From Takakia lepidozioides (Eukaryota > Plantae > Bryophyta): 64,000 nt of DNA. Shown here in pieces: positions 26,384 through 39,300 of the stretch (position 1 is the first letter of the stretch; the number at the start of each line of letters is the position of its first letter). Where the stretch lies: positions 50,716,001 through 50,780,000 of the forward strand of contig CM060733.1 in the NCBI GenBank assembly GCA_030704615.1, written 5' to 3'. Under the pieces are notes generated by a model, which saw only the letters and a list, made by a program, of their open reading frames with translations, ran no database searches and was not told where the DNA came from. The translations under genes were made by a program, and so were the position numbers.

Positions 26384-27580
26384 CTCACTTGGACAGGCGA
26401 TCTTTGCCCCTACAAGTTTGAACCCAGTTTGATTGAGGCATATTGCCTTGCTCATTAAGTAAATAGAACCAAAGCGGTTGGGCCTCTTACCCTCCCTCCC
26501 ATAGCAAAACTTGTAATAGTATTTCATCTCCCAATAGTTAGTGTATATTTCACTTCACCAGCTGTCCGCACTCTCGTTTAGTGCCTTACTGCGAGTACAC
26601 ACTCCTGAGATGCAGTTCAATATTAGCCCTCAAGCATTCTGAGTGCCGAGCACTCCTACATCCCTTCAAATTCTGCACAAATTCTACAATTTCCAACCAC
26701 TATAGTTTTTTTCCCCCGGAGATTAGGGTCGTGAATTGGACAGTGACAAGATGAAAAGGATGAAGTTGAGAGAAAGAGGAGGATGGAGGGGCAATCTTAG
26801 TACAATCTCCCCTATCCACCTTATGTATCTACTCGTATTACTGAAACGTTGAATAAAGATGTCACTGCTTCAATGCAATCCCTGCTCTCTTTTTGCAATG
26901 GTGTTTGCCGCTGATTCAAGAAGATGCAAGATACTAAACTGATTATGAATGCATATGAGCTGAAGCCATGGAGATCCCGGGACTTTACCCATTTACCACT
27001 TACCATATCAATAATATGGCTTCTTTCCCTGACTATGGTTGAAGGAGGACATTGTAGGAAGTGCTGATGCTTCCATAGATCCTTAGTGAGAAAGTCCGTT
27101 CAGATTCCTCCCTTCCTTGAAGGATATGTGTACATGGTAGGAAGATTTCTCTCTTTCATATATTTTGAAAATTTGAAGTACAGTGACTCTCTCTCTCTTC
27201 TGGGTTGCATCATTCTGCACACAAGCTCCTGATAGAAAATCTGATGTGGGAGATATTAATGTAGGTAATCTTGCTAACATGATTTCACTTGAGTCTGGAT
27301 TAGAGTTTAGAGGGCATGGACATCACCTCACCGAGGCGAAGTTTTCTCATGGGCCAGTGGAATAGAAGTATCACCAGTATCACCCCAATCCATGAAGGGG
27401 TCGATGGACGGTTGAAGGATCGCTTTTGAAGGAGTTTTTCTCGGAAACTAAGTGTAATTCCAGATACAAGACTTGAATGGCCTTTCTTGCCAAAAGTTTT
27501 GCAAGGCCTACTTGTCACAGCCAACATTCTTGTTGAGATGTCAAAATATGTTGAAACTTCCAATAAAAGGGCCACATACT

Positions 27581-27822
27581 TTTTCTTTTTCTTTTCCTCA
27601 ATATAATGGAAACCTGGGAGCGACAGCTCACAATTCAGGCCCTTCAAGTTGAGGAGGGGGAAAAATTAACCCCCTTTCATTTATTGGCCATGAGACATAC
27701 AGGACGATCAACGCCCAGACATACCGGAACAATCCCACACACGGGTGTGTGCAGGGCAGCGGGTTCGAACCCCCAACCACTAGGGCGACACATTGGGCAC
27801 TTACCAGCTGAGCTACCATCCA
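27581..27822 (-). mobile_element. tRNA-derived SINE (family B)
   Basis: Minus strand reads GGATGGTAGCTCAGCTGG (A-box)...GGTTCGAACCC (B-box), then a non-tRNA body and an A-rich tail (GAAAAGAAAAAGAAAAAG); no canonical acceptor stem. Confidence 0.75.
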
Positions 27823-27879
27823 ATGTGCCATATGTTCCAACAGTTGACCACGCTAATAAAAATCATCTTACATTACATT

Positions 27880-30800
27880 TAAAAAAAAAAATAAAAAACA
27901 GGAGGAAAAAAAACAAAAAACAGCGGACAGTGGCCCTAGGAAATTTATTGCAATTATTGGAGGGAAAAAATTAAACCCTCTCTCTACAGGATAAGACACA
28001 CATAGTCAGTGAAGGGGGGACCATTCTACTCAGCATGAATAAGACACCAACTAAGAAGGCCCGGGCCTTTGCATACGAAACATTCCAGGGGTGAGTTACC
28101 AAGGTGGTACTAAGCTAAGCCTGTCTGCTTCTGAAGTGACTTATAGCCTATGATGCATACTTATGATATAGTCCTGATTGACCATGATTAGCGGAAGTTG
28201 AGCCTGGAGGCCTTTGATGATTGTTTGATGTGCTTCCAATTGACGTCCCTGTCAAACTCCAACAAGGTGGTGGATGGTGCCACTAATGTCCCTCCAGCTC
28301 CTCGGGGGCATTGATGATTGTTTGATGTGCTTCATTGACGTCCCTATCAAACTCCAACAAAGCGGTGGATGGGGCCACTAATGTCCCTCCAGCTCTTGGA
28401 GGGCAACTTGTTCTATACATAGTGGTCTGGGGAGGAGCTGAAGCAAGTGATACCTTCACGCCCCCGGGTCGATGCAAAGGTAGCATGGAGCTGGCCTACT
28501 TGGTGTTGATCTCTTTTGATATCTGTACATCTTCCAAGCTTTCCTGACTTCAATTTGCAGGTCGTGGTAAATATGGGATAGGAAAGAGGATGTCTGGCAT
28601 GTTTTTGCAGAGAAGGTTTTATCGCATCTTGCTTTCCATAAGTGCCAGAGGATGGAGGGTGAAAGCATGCTAATGTGTACCACTGACACTCCTGAAAAGG
28701 ACTAAATTTTGACTGCTGGCGTGTTACACCGCGGCGCGTGGACATGACATGTTGCGATGAAAACGTGATAAAATTTACAGATGATAGTGGGCACCTTGAC
28801 CCCATCCATTGGATGCTCGTACACCCTCTTGTACACCTCCAATTTTGCTCGTACACCACTAATTTTGAGTTTACGATACTAACTCAACTTCCGTTTGTCA
28901 CCATTTGTTTTCCCCTCATCACATCCAAGCTAGGTTTGGTGTGTTTGATGCCTACTTCAGTGTTGCAGATGCTTATATAATTTGTAGGAGTTTATTTGAT
29001 ATATTTTTAATTTTAAAATAATTTGCAATAAATGATACACTATTCGTAAGAACTCATTTTGGCCTCAAATTTAAAATTGGAGGACCTTGTAGCCATTTCA
29101 AGACATGGCCTTCTTCCTTTTCAGTAGCTAAACACTTTTAGTGAAAGAACTATGTTCAAATTTTGAGGTTTAGTAGTACCAAAGTTTGGTGCCCATAAGT
29201 TATGCATACTGCGTAGTAGAAAATTCCTATGATAATGGGTATTTCTGGTTTTGCAGGTCTACTGTCCTTTTTGCATTCTTCCATACCTTACATAAGCACA
29301 TGAAAATCTCTGATAGGACCTTCACATGTTATGGGTGTGAAAATGAGTCCTAAAGGATTACAACATTTTGGGACATTTGAACCTTATGCTATTCAAGACT
29401 CTTTTAGGACCCCTTATAATTGTCAAATCACAAAACAATTTATATGGGCATGACAAGAACTTCAAGGGCTTTCCAATGATATAATGTGTCTGTGGTTTCA
29501 TACTGAACTCAATATCCTAAATTTGGATCGATTGCGCCATATGTGATGGAAAACAGTTTGTGACATCTTTTTTGGGTCCTATTAGTGTGCTTTGACCCTG
29601 GAACTTCTGAGAATATCGAAGACCGGGCAGTGGAGGGCCTTTGTCTTTGTGTTCTGGTCGTAGTTTAATAGTATGGTCAGATGAGAGAGGTGTATATGGT
29701 TCCATGTACGATAAAAAGCAGTGCAAGGGCCACACTGTTGAGGGTGCGTGACAGTGGAGCAGACAGTGCTCTAGAGTCTCCATTATGGCTGATGGGCAGC
29801 ATTTGCAGAGAAGGGCATCGTTGAAGCCCAGCCATTCACATACTTTCAAAACCCTATTTGCTATCTGCCACAGAAAGGCTGCTATCTTTGCTAGTCTTGT
29901 TTTGTTCCAAATTGTGCCCCAGTTCCAGTTCTCATCTTGGAAGTTGAAATGGCTCCATCAGTCGTTCCATTTGTTGTGATAGGATTGATGCTTTGAGAGG
30001 GCAGAGTAGGCCTTTTTGTATTAAAGGCAAAGTATGGCAATGGGGCGCAATCAAAGCTCCACTGCCACTCCTTGGGGTCCATCTGTAATTTGGCAAGTGG
30101 TCTACCTGAGATCCAGATAAAGGTTTGTGTTGCCAGCTGTAGTAGGGTAGAGAAGTGTTGAGCAGAGGGATGGGGTTCATATCCTTGGAAGGCGATAACC
30201 ACCAGTATATTCTTATATTGGGGGTCTGGGTGAAGCATAGGTAGGAAAGGGGTTGGTATTCTTGAAGGGCAAGTCTTGTAGTGTATGTGTCGACATGGAA
30301 TGGATAACCTTTGAAGCTCTGGCAGGACGATTCAGTGACAAAGAGGACGGTAATTGTGTTGTTTCAAATGATCCGTCCAGAAATTGATTTCTGGTGTGAA
30401 TGGTCCTTCCAGAGGGTTGTTTAATCACAGTGATGATGAGGTTTGAATGAGTTTATCATAGGATGTTATGGCCCTTCTATTTCCTACTATAGCAGCAGTT
30501 TGGTCCCTAGACAGGATTGAGTTGTTTTTCCATAAGTCTTTGACTTAGTTTAGACCAGATATGCCAGATGGTTCAAGTTGACCAAAGGAAGGAGCTTGGC
30601 AATTTGTGTTTGAATCCATTAACTATCCATCGCAGGGAGGGTTGCCAGGGGGCTGCTTTTAGGGATGAGGCCATGGTTATGTTCTCCGCAACCAGGAACT
30701 TCCACCAACCTCCTTCAGGTCCCAGGAATCTTGGAATCCATTTTGCCAGAAGGGCAGTGATTTGCATCTCTAGGTCAAGGACCCAAGTCCTTTTTTTTCT

Positions 30801-31290
30801 TTTTGGTAGCAAGATACTTGTGGTCTCTTCTTATCAGAGGGATTTCTTGCTCCCCAGATGAGGTTTCCAAGCAGCTTTTTAACTTCCTAGATTTGGGGGC
30901 TTACTGGCCTCCAGACAGAGGCAAAGTACCATATTCCTGTCGACAAGACCTGATTGGCAGCAAGAGCCTCGCAAGTAATTGAAAGGTGGTGGGATCCCCA
31001 GTATGCCAGTCTGGTTCTGAGGTTTTTTAGAGTTGGCGTGAACCTCTGTTGATTTGTGAGATTTATTCCAAATGTGTAGTCAAACAGCCTAGTTGTGGTT
31101 TGACGAGGTTGGAGCCATGTGAGGCCCCTATCTTGGCTCCAAGTGGGGCTGGGACCTAAAACGAAGTTGTGGTGTCACTGTGTGGTCCTCTTCGAAAGGT
31201 CTGTGGGACTCATTCGGGTGTGGTTGTTGCGTTGCAGGTGGAAGATCCAACATGCTTGCATTGAGTCTGGGTTGTATGGGATCAGGTGTA
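27880..31290 (-). mobile_element. Degenerate 5'-truncated LINE (L1/Tx1-like), interrupted by a CACTA element
   Basis: LLAKWIPRFLGPEGG.WK.LV.ENI (shared with the LINE at 9700-9790), CKCC..METLEHCLLHC zinc finger and ILWHLWKARC; 3' tail AATAAATTTCCTAGGGCCACTGTCCGCTG plus a T-rich tract at ~27880-27950; 97-bp tandem duplication at 28214/28311. Confidence 0.88.
28687..29587. mobile_element. Non-autonomous CACTA (EnSpm)-like element nested in the LINE
   Basis: Termini CACTCCTGAAAAGGAC and GTCCTATTAGTG (reverse complement CACTAATAGGAC); 3-bp flanks TGA/TGC (one mismatch); LINE sequence rejoins when it is removed. Confidence 0.7.
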
Positions 31291-31292
31291 GA

Positions 31293-32840
31293 CACTACAC
31301 TATTCGGGGGGGGGGGGTGGTGACGCCCTGGGCGTCGCTATTGGCCTATTTCCGGGCCCACGGAAATCGGGAATCTGCAACGCGATGCTGGAGGCATCGC
31401 GCAGATGCGTCGCTATGAGAACGTCGCAGATGCAGGACTTAAGGCGACGCCGGGGGGGGGGGGGGGGGGGTCGCACATCCAACCCCCTGAAAATCCCCAC
31501 TAGCGACGCCCCAAGCGTTGCAATGCCTGGGACGTCCCGGGCATCGTTATAGTCATACAGGAGGGGGAAATATATATATATATATCGTTTTTTAAAAGCA
31601 ACGCCCTGGGGGTTGCTTATTGAGGTTTTTTGAATTATGAATTTTCAAAAATGGCGGGATCCACACGGTTCAAAAAATGGCGGAACACACACTTGTCACG
31701 TAGTATCAAACCTAACCCATAAGCATGTATTTGCAAGTAGCTGACACATATCGAGTTCCTAAATCATTCAACGTGTTGTTAGGCAAATTCGAACTCAAGA
31801 CCTCTAGATTATACACATAGTAAGGCACTTCACACTAAGTTCCAACATATCAATTACAAAACTTACACTCAAACACATGATTTAATTGTATATAAGATAG
31901 TTCATGCATACATCGGTTGCTCGTCGAGACCAGTGTTGTATTGGTATGTCCATTTTGGCATACCAGACTGGTCCTGGTAGGTCCAACGTAGGGCCCAGTG
32001 TAGATTAGGACAAACCATGGTAGGTTATAGGATGGGTATGGGTATTTTCAATTTTGAGATACCCTGTTCCTAGGCATGGGTATGGCAAAAACTCAAATAA
32101 CATATTGGGGTAGTATGTACAATGGTATGGTATATCCCAATAGTCATCATATTGTATTCAAAGCTGAAAATAAAACTAGATTGAGGGCAACATACAAAAG
32201 GTAAAAAAACACACATGCCCATACAACCTAATATGTATTGCTCATAAATTAGTGAAGGTCTTTGTATATTAAGGCTGGATTGTAACAAATGGGAGAAAAG
32301 CTGGATGCCATGACAAAAACTGAAGAAATCCTCCGTATTATATCTTGTACGCCATACCTTGTACGCTTACCATTGTACGCCATACCTTCTACCCCACCCA
32401 TCTCCAAACACTTGAGTACTGTTCCCAATCGCAATATTGCTCTGCCAATTACTCTGACTGGTATGGTATATTCAGTTTGGGTATGGACCTGGAACCCTAA
32501 ACCCTAAGTTCTACATACACCGGGGGGATAGGTTGTATGACATACCAGCCGAGTTGGTTCTGGCATACCCTTACATATACCCTTGCACATACCCCCGTTG
32601 ATTGGCACATATCAGTACAACATTGGTCGAGACCTCAAAGCGACACTTTTTGCATCGCTCAAATATAAGCGACGTCTCTGGGTGTCGCTTATATTTGAGC
32701 GACACGACCTCGCATTTAAAAACCGACGTTTTTTTTTTTTTTTTTTCCTATGGTGCTTGAAGCGACGCCTGGGTGTCGCTAAGGCGTCGCAACCTCCCAA
32801 CCGACATCCGGAAGGTCGCACCAGGGGCCGACCCTAAATG
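31293..32840. mobile_element. CACTA-like element left arm with GCGAC/GTCGC subterminal repeats; right end not identified
   Basis: Starts CACTA(CACTA) at the 5' break of the LINE; dense inverted GCGACG/CGTCGC pairs at 31320-31620 and 32640-32830; long G runs. Confidence 0.6.
31931..32625. mobile_element. hAT-family MITE (copy 1)
   Basis: TIRs CAGTGTTGTATTGGTAT / ATATCAGTACAACATTG; perfect 8-bp TSD GTCGAGAC (31923-31930 and 32626-32633); internal GGTATG/CATACC repeats. Confidence 0.9.
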
Positions 32841-33190
32841 CGTCGTCTAGTTGCAAATTTGGACGTGACGTGGCGTTGACGCGTCAACGTCACGTCTGAC
32901 GTTCGTAGATTTTTTTTTTTGGTTATTTATATTTATATATAAATATAAATATAAATATAAATATTTATATTTGTATTTTGTGTGTTGGGACTTCATTTGG
33001 TCTCATATGCCAATTAGTGAGGTGTCAAGCCTCACTTGGAACATGGGGAGAGGGTTGAGGAGGCTCATCTTATGTGAACTAGGGGCGGTAGAGGCACCAT
33101 TGCAGCAAGCCCACCTCTAGTGGGCACCGGATCAGATTGTGGAAAAGGAAAGTCGACGTCATTCTCTTGTGACGTTAGGGAGGTTCCCAC

Positions 33191-33649
33191 GAGTGTTGTA
33201 CCGGTATATAGGTATTGCCTGGTACGTGCACATGTATATGCACTAGTATTAGATACCAGACCAGTCTGGTATCACTTGGGAGAATACTTGGTCATACATC
33301 AGAACCAGGGCTGGTATTAATTTTTTCATACCTCATTTATTCTGGTATGTGTACTATACTACTAAGTTATGTATATATGTGCCTACATATTTGTACTTAT
33401 ATAGATTTATTTCTTTATTGTATTGTATTTTTTCACTTGATACTTGCTATGGAATGATACCAGAATTGATATCTCATACCAACTGGTATTGTGGTCATGA
33501 TATACTCATACTCATACTAGTATTTGGAAAAAGATACATCTATTATTATATAGACCAGCCTGATATGAAAGTTCTGCGATACATCTGGTACCAGGACCGA
33601 CACCAGGACCAGTCTCGTATGTCCTAAAACTGATACAAGTACAACACTG
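33191..33649. mobile_element. hAT-family MITE (copy 2, related TIRs)
   Basis: TIRs GAGTGTTGTACCGGTAT / ATACAAGTACAACACTG; flanking direct repeat TTCCCAC; internal TGGTAT/ATACCA repeats. Confidence 0.82.
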
Positions 33650-34758
33650 TTCCCACCTTCATTGGCCAAATGGTGGGTAGGGGTCGAGGCTTCGCAATGC
33701 ACGACTCGCGGATTGTTCCATTCACACAGCAAACCATATCATCCGGGCTAAACCAAAATTTGTGCATACTCGACTCCCTTGATCCATATGGCCGAATCAA
33801 TCATGTGAACGTTGGAGTTGGGGTGCCTGTTGGGCCTTTCGCTATCTTGGACTTATATTTCACAAAAGTAATGGCCCTCACTGCTATGCAGCCAACTTTA
33901 GACGTAGGGGCAATGCACTCGATGTGCCATTCAGAGTCAGCACAGGCAGGGGACAGAGACATCGCATGTCACCACGAACTTGGTGCACTCCCTGTTCAGA
34001 ATGCAGAAGATCGATCGGCCAGCTGCAATTGATAAACTTCAAGGAACATTTCTTCGCCGAAGCGGCCTACAAGAAATGCAAGAGCGTGAAGTCAACAGAG
34101 ACATGGTATTCGTTAACGCGCAAGGCATTCCTAGAGTATATGTACACGGTGAGAATCAAATGCCTATGGCTCTCTAGGCGCAGGGACGCCACCTACTTCC
34201 ATAGGGCCCACCTCTGAAAGGGGGCATTAGCCTCAAGACGAAGTGACTCTTAGTTAGGCCACCTTTGGCCGGAGTCTTCTCTTTCTCTGGTGGAATCAGT
34301 GTCATCACTTGAGTCTCAAGTGGATTATTTTTTCCTTAGTAACAAAACACACTATATTCAGGCTAGTCTTAATATAGTATGATCTCAGGCTCCTTTCCCT
34401 TTAAATGAGAGAAGAAATTGTAAATAGAGAGGAAAGCAATAATTTAAGGTACCCACTGGTCAAAAGTAGAGAGGGCAAAAAAGATAGATCTAGAAGACCC
34501 ACAAGAATAGCTGCTTGGCTCATGAAGGGGAAGAGAGAGAGAGAGAGAGGGGACCAACCGAAGATAGCGTGAATAAGAGCATCTCCTCCATGCGGGTACT
34601 GTCTCCTTCCTTTCACAGGTGGGCTGTATAAATTATATGTAGATATAGAGCTCTTTGTTTTCTACAAGAACAGCGTGCCAGCCATCGGATTCAGGCTTAG
34701 AGCTGTGAGCAAGGGCCTGAGGGGATCAGTTTGCAAGCAGGATTTGAGGGGAGGGAGA

Positions 34759-34925
34759 ATGTTAGTTTCTCTGGAGACTTTGACTGGCAAGACCATTACC
34801 CTTGAAGTGCAGAGCTCTGACACTATCAAGACTGTGAGGACGAAGATCCAGGACAAGGAGGGCATCCCCCGGCTTATCTTTTTCGCTGGGAAGCAGTTGG
34901 AGGAAATTGTTACGCTCAGACTAAG
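34759..34925 (+). pseudogene. Truncated, degenerate ubiquitin
   Basis: [49 protein letters not shown] versus ubiquitin [52 protein letters not shown]; lacks PDQQ, drifts out of similarity after residue ~52, no LRLRGG. Confidence 0.88.
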
Positions 34926-36335
34926 ACGCCGTGGACGTTGACGACACGCCTTACCAACGAATATGCTGAAGGGCCCACTATAGAAGTGCAGTACCAGCCG
35001 GCAGAAACTAAGGAGGCCCTTCAAAGCTTTGGACGGTGTCTTCTTTTCTAAATGCTGAGTGAAGAGACATCTCTTAAGTAGTGTGCGGTTTTAATGTGCC
35101 CGGAAGCCCACCGATGGAGGATGTTGTTAAATTGAGGCACATCTGATCTGCTCCAAGTTGTAAGAGCTAAACTCACGAGCTCGTCAATTTTGTTTTTGCC
35201 CCGTTTTTGCTCAACGTGTAGCTGTTTAAAAGTAGTTCTCGGCAGCTGACTATCTTGCAACGTTGCAGGGCTTTAGACCATGTGATTTATTGGTGGTTGA
35301 TACGTGAATCTAATAAATCCCTTCCTATTTCTCTGTGGAAACTGACAATGAGGAAGCATTGGTATATATGTACATCGTGTGAATGTGGGGTGGTGGAAGG
35401 CTTGGTTCTACTCAACGACGCATCTGTACTAGGTTCAGTAGGATGAAGAGATCCTCATCTCCATGAGCATAGTACTATCTGGTAACAATCATTCTTAGTA
35501 ACTTAAGTAAAGACGTCAACTCTTCCTAGGCATATTTTTGACAAAACTAAGTTGCCAGTGCTCTGTAATTGTCGAGGCGCCATTGTTAGTGCTCGTGTAG
35601 AAGTTTTGAGATAGAAAAGGCAGGTCGAGCTTGAATCAATACAGCTTGAGACATGTATACATGTGGAAAGAATGCTGTAGATCACATTATCAAATATATA
35701 GAGACTCTGGAAAGAGGCCGTGAGTTATAAAGTAAACAAGAAATTGACATATGTTACAGTACCTAGAGAATACATGTATCATCTTAACAGCCACAGTTCC
35801 GAGAGCTACATTCCTCCCAGTCTGCACTGTAAAATCTTGGTTTTGCTCCATGAACCCTATAAGGGCTTTCAAATGTTCATAATGCATTACATAAAAATTT
35901 TGCCTTTTAGGCTGGCCTAGAACCCAAATATAGGTGGGCAGCTTGTTTAGAATTGTGTCCTTGAACTTTCATCACGTGTAAGTGTTGAGATTAAGTACTG
36001 ACACCCCGCTAGCAATCATCTGCATCTCAGCACGTACATTTGCAAGCTTCACGACTATCTCAAGATTGTATCGATACAGCAGCATGCACGTATACTGCAG
36101 GGAGGTACGTATGATCTTTATGAGGCCCTTTGAAGGGTCTCGTGTGTGGGGAGAGGCGAATGCCATTCTCCACCATCGGAGGTGTTATAACTTCATAGTG
36201 AGTGTGACCAAGGTATTGGTCAGGAAATTTTTCCGAAACACGTCAATTGATGCAACCCGTAGTGTCATCTAAACGGGACCAGGAGTGCGCCAGTCACAGT
36301 ATCTTTATATCTTATGCCTGGCTCGACCAGTCACT

Positions 36336-39300
36336 CTAGCTCATGATGGAACTCAGTTCCGAGAAGTCCCACAGGAAAACATCCGAGCTCAGGACCTTCT
36401 CAAGCCCAGCCGCGTCACCGCCAGCAAGGCTTGTGCTGCTGCAGCTGCTACCGCTCGGGCTCGGGCTCCACGGTTCCACTTCACAGTTGTTTGGTATCTG
36501 GTTGTGGCTGGGGCTTTCCTGACATTGACTTCCTGAGCTAGTGTGCTCATGCGGGTCCCGAAGGAGCGCTGTAAACATTTGTGGCGTGTCCGACATTGAC
36601 GGCATTGCAAGGTGGCTTGCCAGTGTGGTGCCTGGACCTCCTGAATTGCTACCTGTGACAGTTCAGATGTAATATCAAACAACAGCCGGCCCTACGTAAG
36701 TGGGCAGTGCAAGGATACATACATGTCCATACCCCTTATAGAGCAGCCTGTGGGACCATATCTAGAACTCTGTGAAGGTTTCTATAAGTATCAGATGGGT
36801 CCCTATATATTTCATAAGAATTGTACATAGAGAAATCAATACGGGTCTACAGTCCAGCTAGTCTAGCTATCAATATTGTGCACAGTATGGGGCCAGATTT
36901 ACAATAACATGTAGAATCCTCAACATAAGAGGAGAGTACGCAGCAGTACCTGTCCAGTGTCCTCCGTGAGTCCTGCATGTTAGTTCCCCGTCCCTCCCAA
37001 CACTGAGACTTGGAAGCTGCCTTCCAGCCGCTGTGTTCACCCCACCAGAGCTAGTGGAGTCCAGAAGCATATCTAACACTGATTTGGGCAGCTGGGCATC
37101 TCCTTGACTTCCCATCATCTGATTGCACACCTGAGAGAGGCTACCAGCTGAACTAGGCCCCTCTCCACCACAGAACCTGCTGCGCATCATTGCCATATTG
37201 TGGGACAAAGCTTCCTCCCTTCCACTCACCCCATCCCCTCCAACCTGCATGAAATCAGGGACCTGCTCGGAACTTTAGGGTCGGTCCAAAAACCGAACAG
37301 TTAATTATTGGACCCCTGACCTCGGGAAATTTTAGGTGAGGAAAATGTAGACCTGTATGCACTCGCCATTAGGTACAGGCCTGAACCTACTAGATTCAAG
37401 CGAAAGCTCTGCAAGTCTTCGGGACGAAAGAGTCGTGACCAAGCTTTGTAAGCTAGTATGGATCGAACAGTTTTGATTTTCCTATGAGCCTAGGACAAGA
37501 ATCTATGCACTTACACTATACTGGAACTCTACTTCGCTACGCGCCCGGAATATCACATGTGAAGCTCGCAAAGTCAGATCCGGCAAGAATCCTTTCTCCC
37601 CGAAGAGTCTAAGGATCATAGCTTACCTGCTTTGTCTGCACCGCTCTCGATAAGCTGTACTTAATTTTCTGCACCACAGCATCCACTTGCAGATGCCTAC
37701 TGTCGGACCCAGGGTCACAGCGGTCACTGATCGGTGTATCGTAAGGCCCTGCAAGAACCGACTTGGGACTGGACACACTGGTGCGAGGGGCAGCCACCAT
37801 ATCCCACGATTGTCGCCCCGTAGATGTCGAACGAGGCATCGGTGCCACGGGAATATTGGACCCTTCCAGCTGCCAGTCTGGGCGCTTCCTCATCAGCACA
37901 TTCAACATGTCGTCTTTGAAACAGCCCAATGCAGCCTCAGCGATTTCCCCCCCTTTCGGAAGCGCCATGCTACCCGCCAGGTCCGCCAGCAACTGCGAGA
38001 TCGGCTTATGAGTTATGGGGTCGATGCCCATTTCGCACAGCTTCTTCTTCAGCCGCGTGTTCCAGTAGTTCTTCACATCATTATCCGTGCGTCCTGGCAG
38101 CTGTGCTGCTATCAGTGACCACCTGCAGCACTCAACCTCCCCGCTTCAATACTCCCACTTACACCTTTCTCCCTCGTCACTCTGCGCGTTCGTAAGTCTC
38201 CAGACGTGTAAGACCTCAGGAGTACTCAGCACTGCCGAGGAAGACAGAAATTCAAATTTGAATTCAAATTATCCCTAGTTCGAACCACGGGTGACACACT
38301 GACGGACGCTAGCCGTTGACGTCAGTTGGTGGAAGCTGCGGCGGACGGCACGGTGCACGCGGGTACCGCGCGGCCGTTCTACGGCCGCGCCGTACCCGCG
38401 GTCGCCATTACTGCCACCGTCCAGCCTTCTGGAGTAAGCAATGATAAGGCTCTCGATGAACGAACCCGATCCACTGCCACGTTCATCCGTGACGAGTGCC
38501 GTGCGGGCCACACTCGCGGCCGCGGTTGGTGAGTCTCTCTCTCTGTCTCTCTGTCTCTCTCCCGTCCAACTCCAGACCTCGCAGGCCTCGAATTGAAGAG
38601 AACTGGAGATATCTAGACGAGGCCCAAGTCATCAGCGTGAGCTGAATTGGTGAGGAACTAACTAAGTATGTGGAGAGGATGGGGTGAGGGGGAGATAATG
38701 GGAGGTGGTTCGAAGTGATGACAAAGGCGGTGGTGAAGGGGTGGGTCAAAGGTGTGGCAGGTGCTGTGCTGACAGGAGCAGAAAGTGGCGAGTGAGGTAA
38801 TAAGTGAGAGGGTATCGGGGAGGAATGATGAGGGAATGTAGATCGTAACGTCAACGCTGGCGCAGCGGTGATGCAGGGGAATCATAGCCACCCTCTGTTT
38901 GTAGAGAGCGCTAGGATAGCTGACGCTTCGAGGCGTATTCAACACTTTGATCTGACATCTGCCAGAGGGTAACCCCATGTTCGCTTTGTACAAAAGCACA
39001 AGATCCAACTTTATAGAGATCACATCCATGCACCAGACGGGTCCAGCTTCTGTGGTAAGCAACTGGGCTACTACTGCGGACGGAATGCAGACGTAGGCTT
39101 TTAGAGGCGCGGCATTACTAGGGGGGCTCTACATTACTAGGGGGGCTCTAGAGTAACGGCCGCCATTATACCGGCCATCTGTCGTAATGAAGCTTACGTG
39201 CGGAAAGGGCGAGAGCTCGAGAGAGAGATCAGCGGGAGAGAGGACTTTTGATGATTGCAGCACAGGACGGCGATCAACAGCATGCCTTGTGGCTTGGGCG

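Noticed and set aside
27740-27822. Possible tRNA gene (clear A and B boxes)
   Set aside because: No proper acceptor or anticodon stems, and it continues into a body and A-rich tail, so it is called a SINE. The same applies to 14552 and 63739.
33670-34217. Overlapping 65-120 aa ORFs downstream of the hAT MITE
   Set aside because: No recognisable motif or consistent frame; probably a decayed TE interior.
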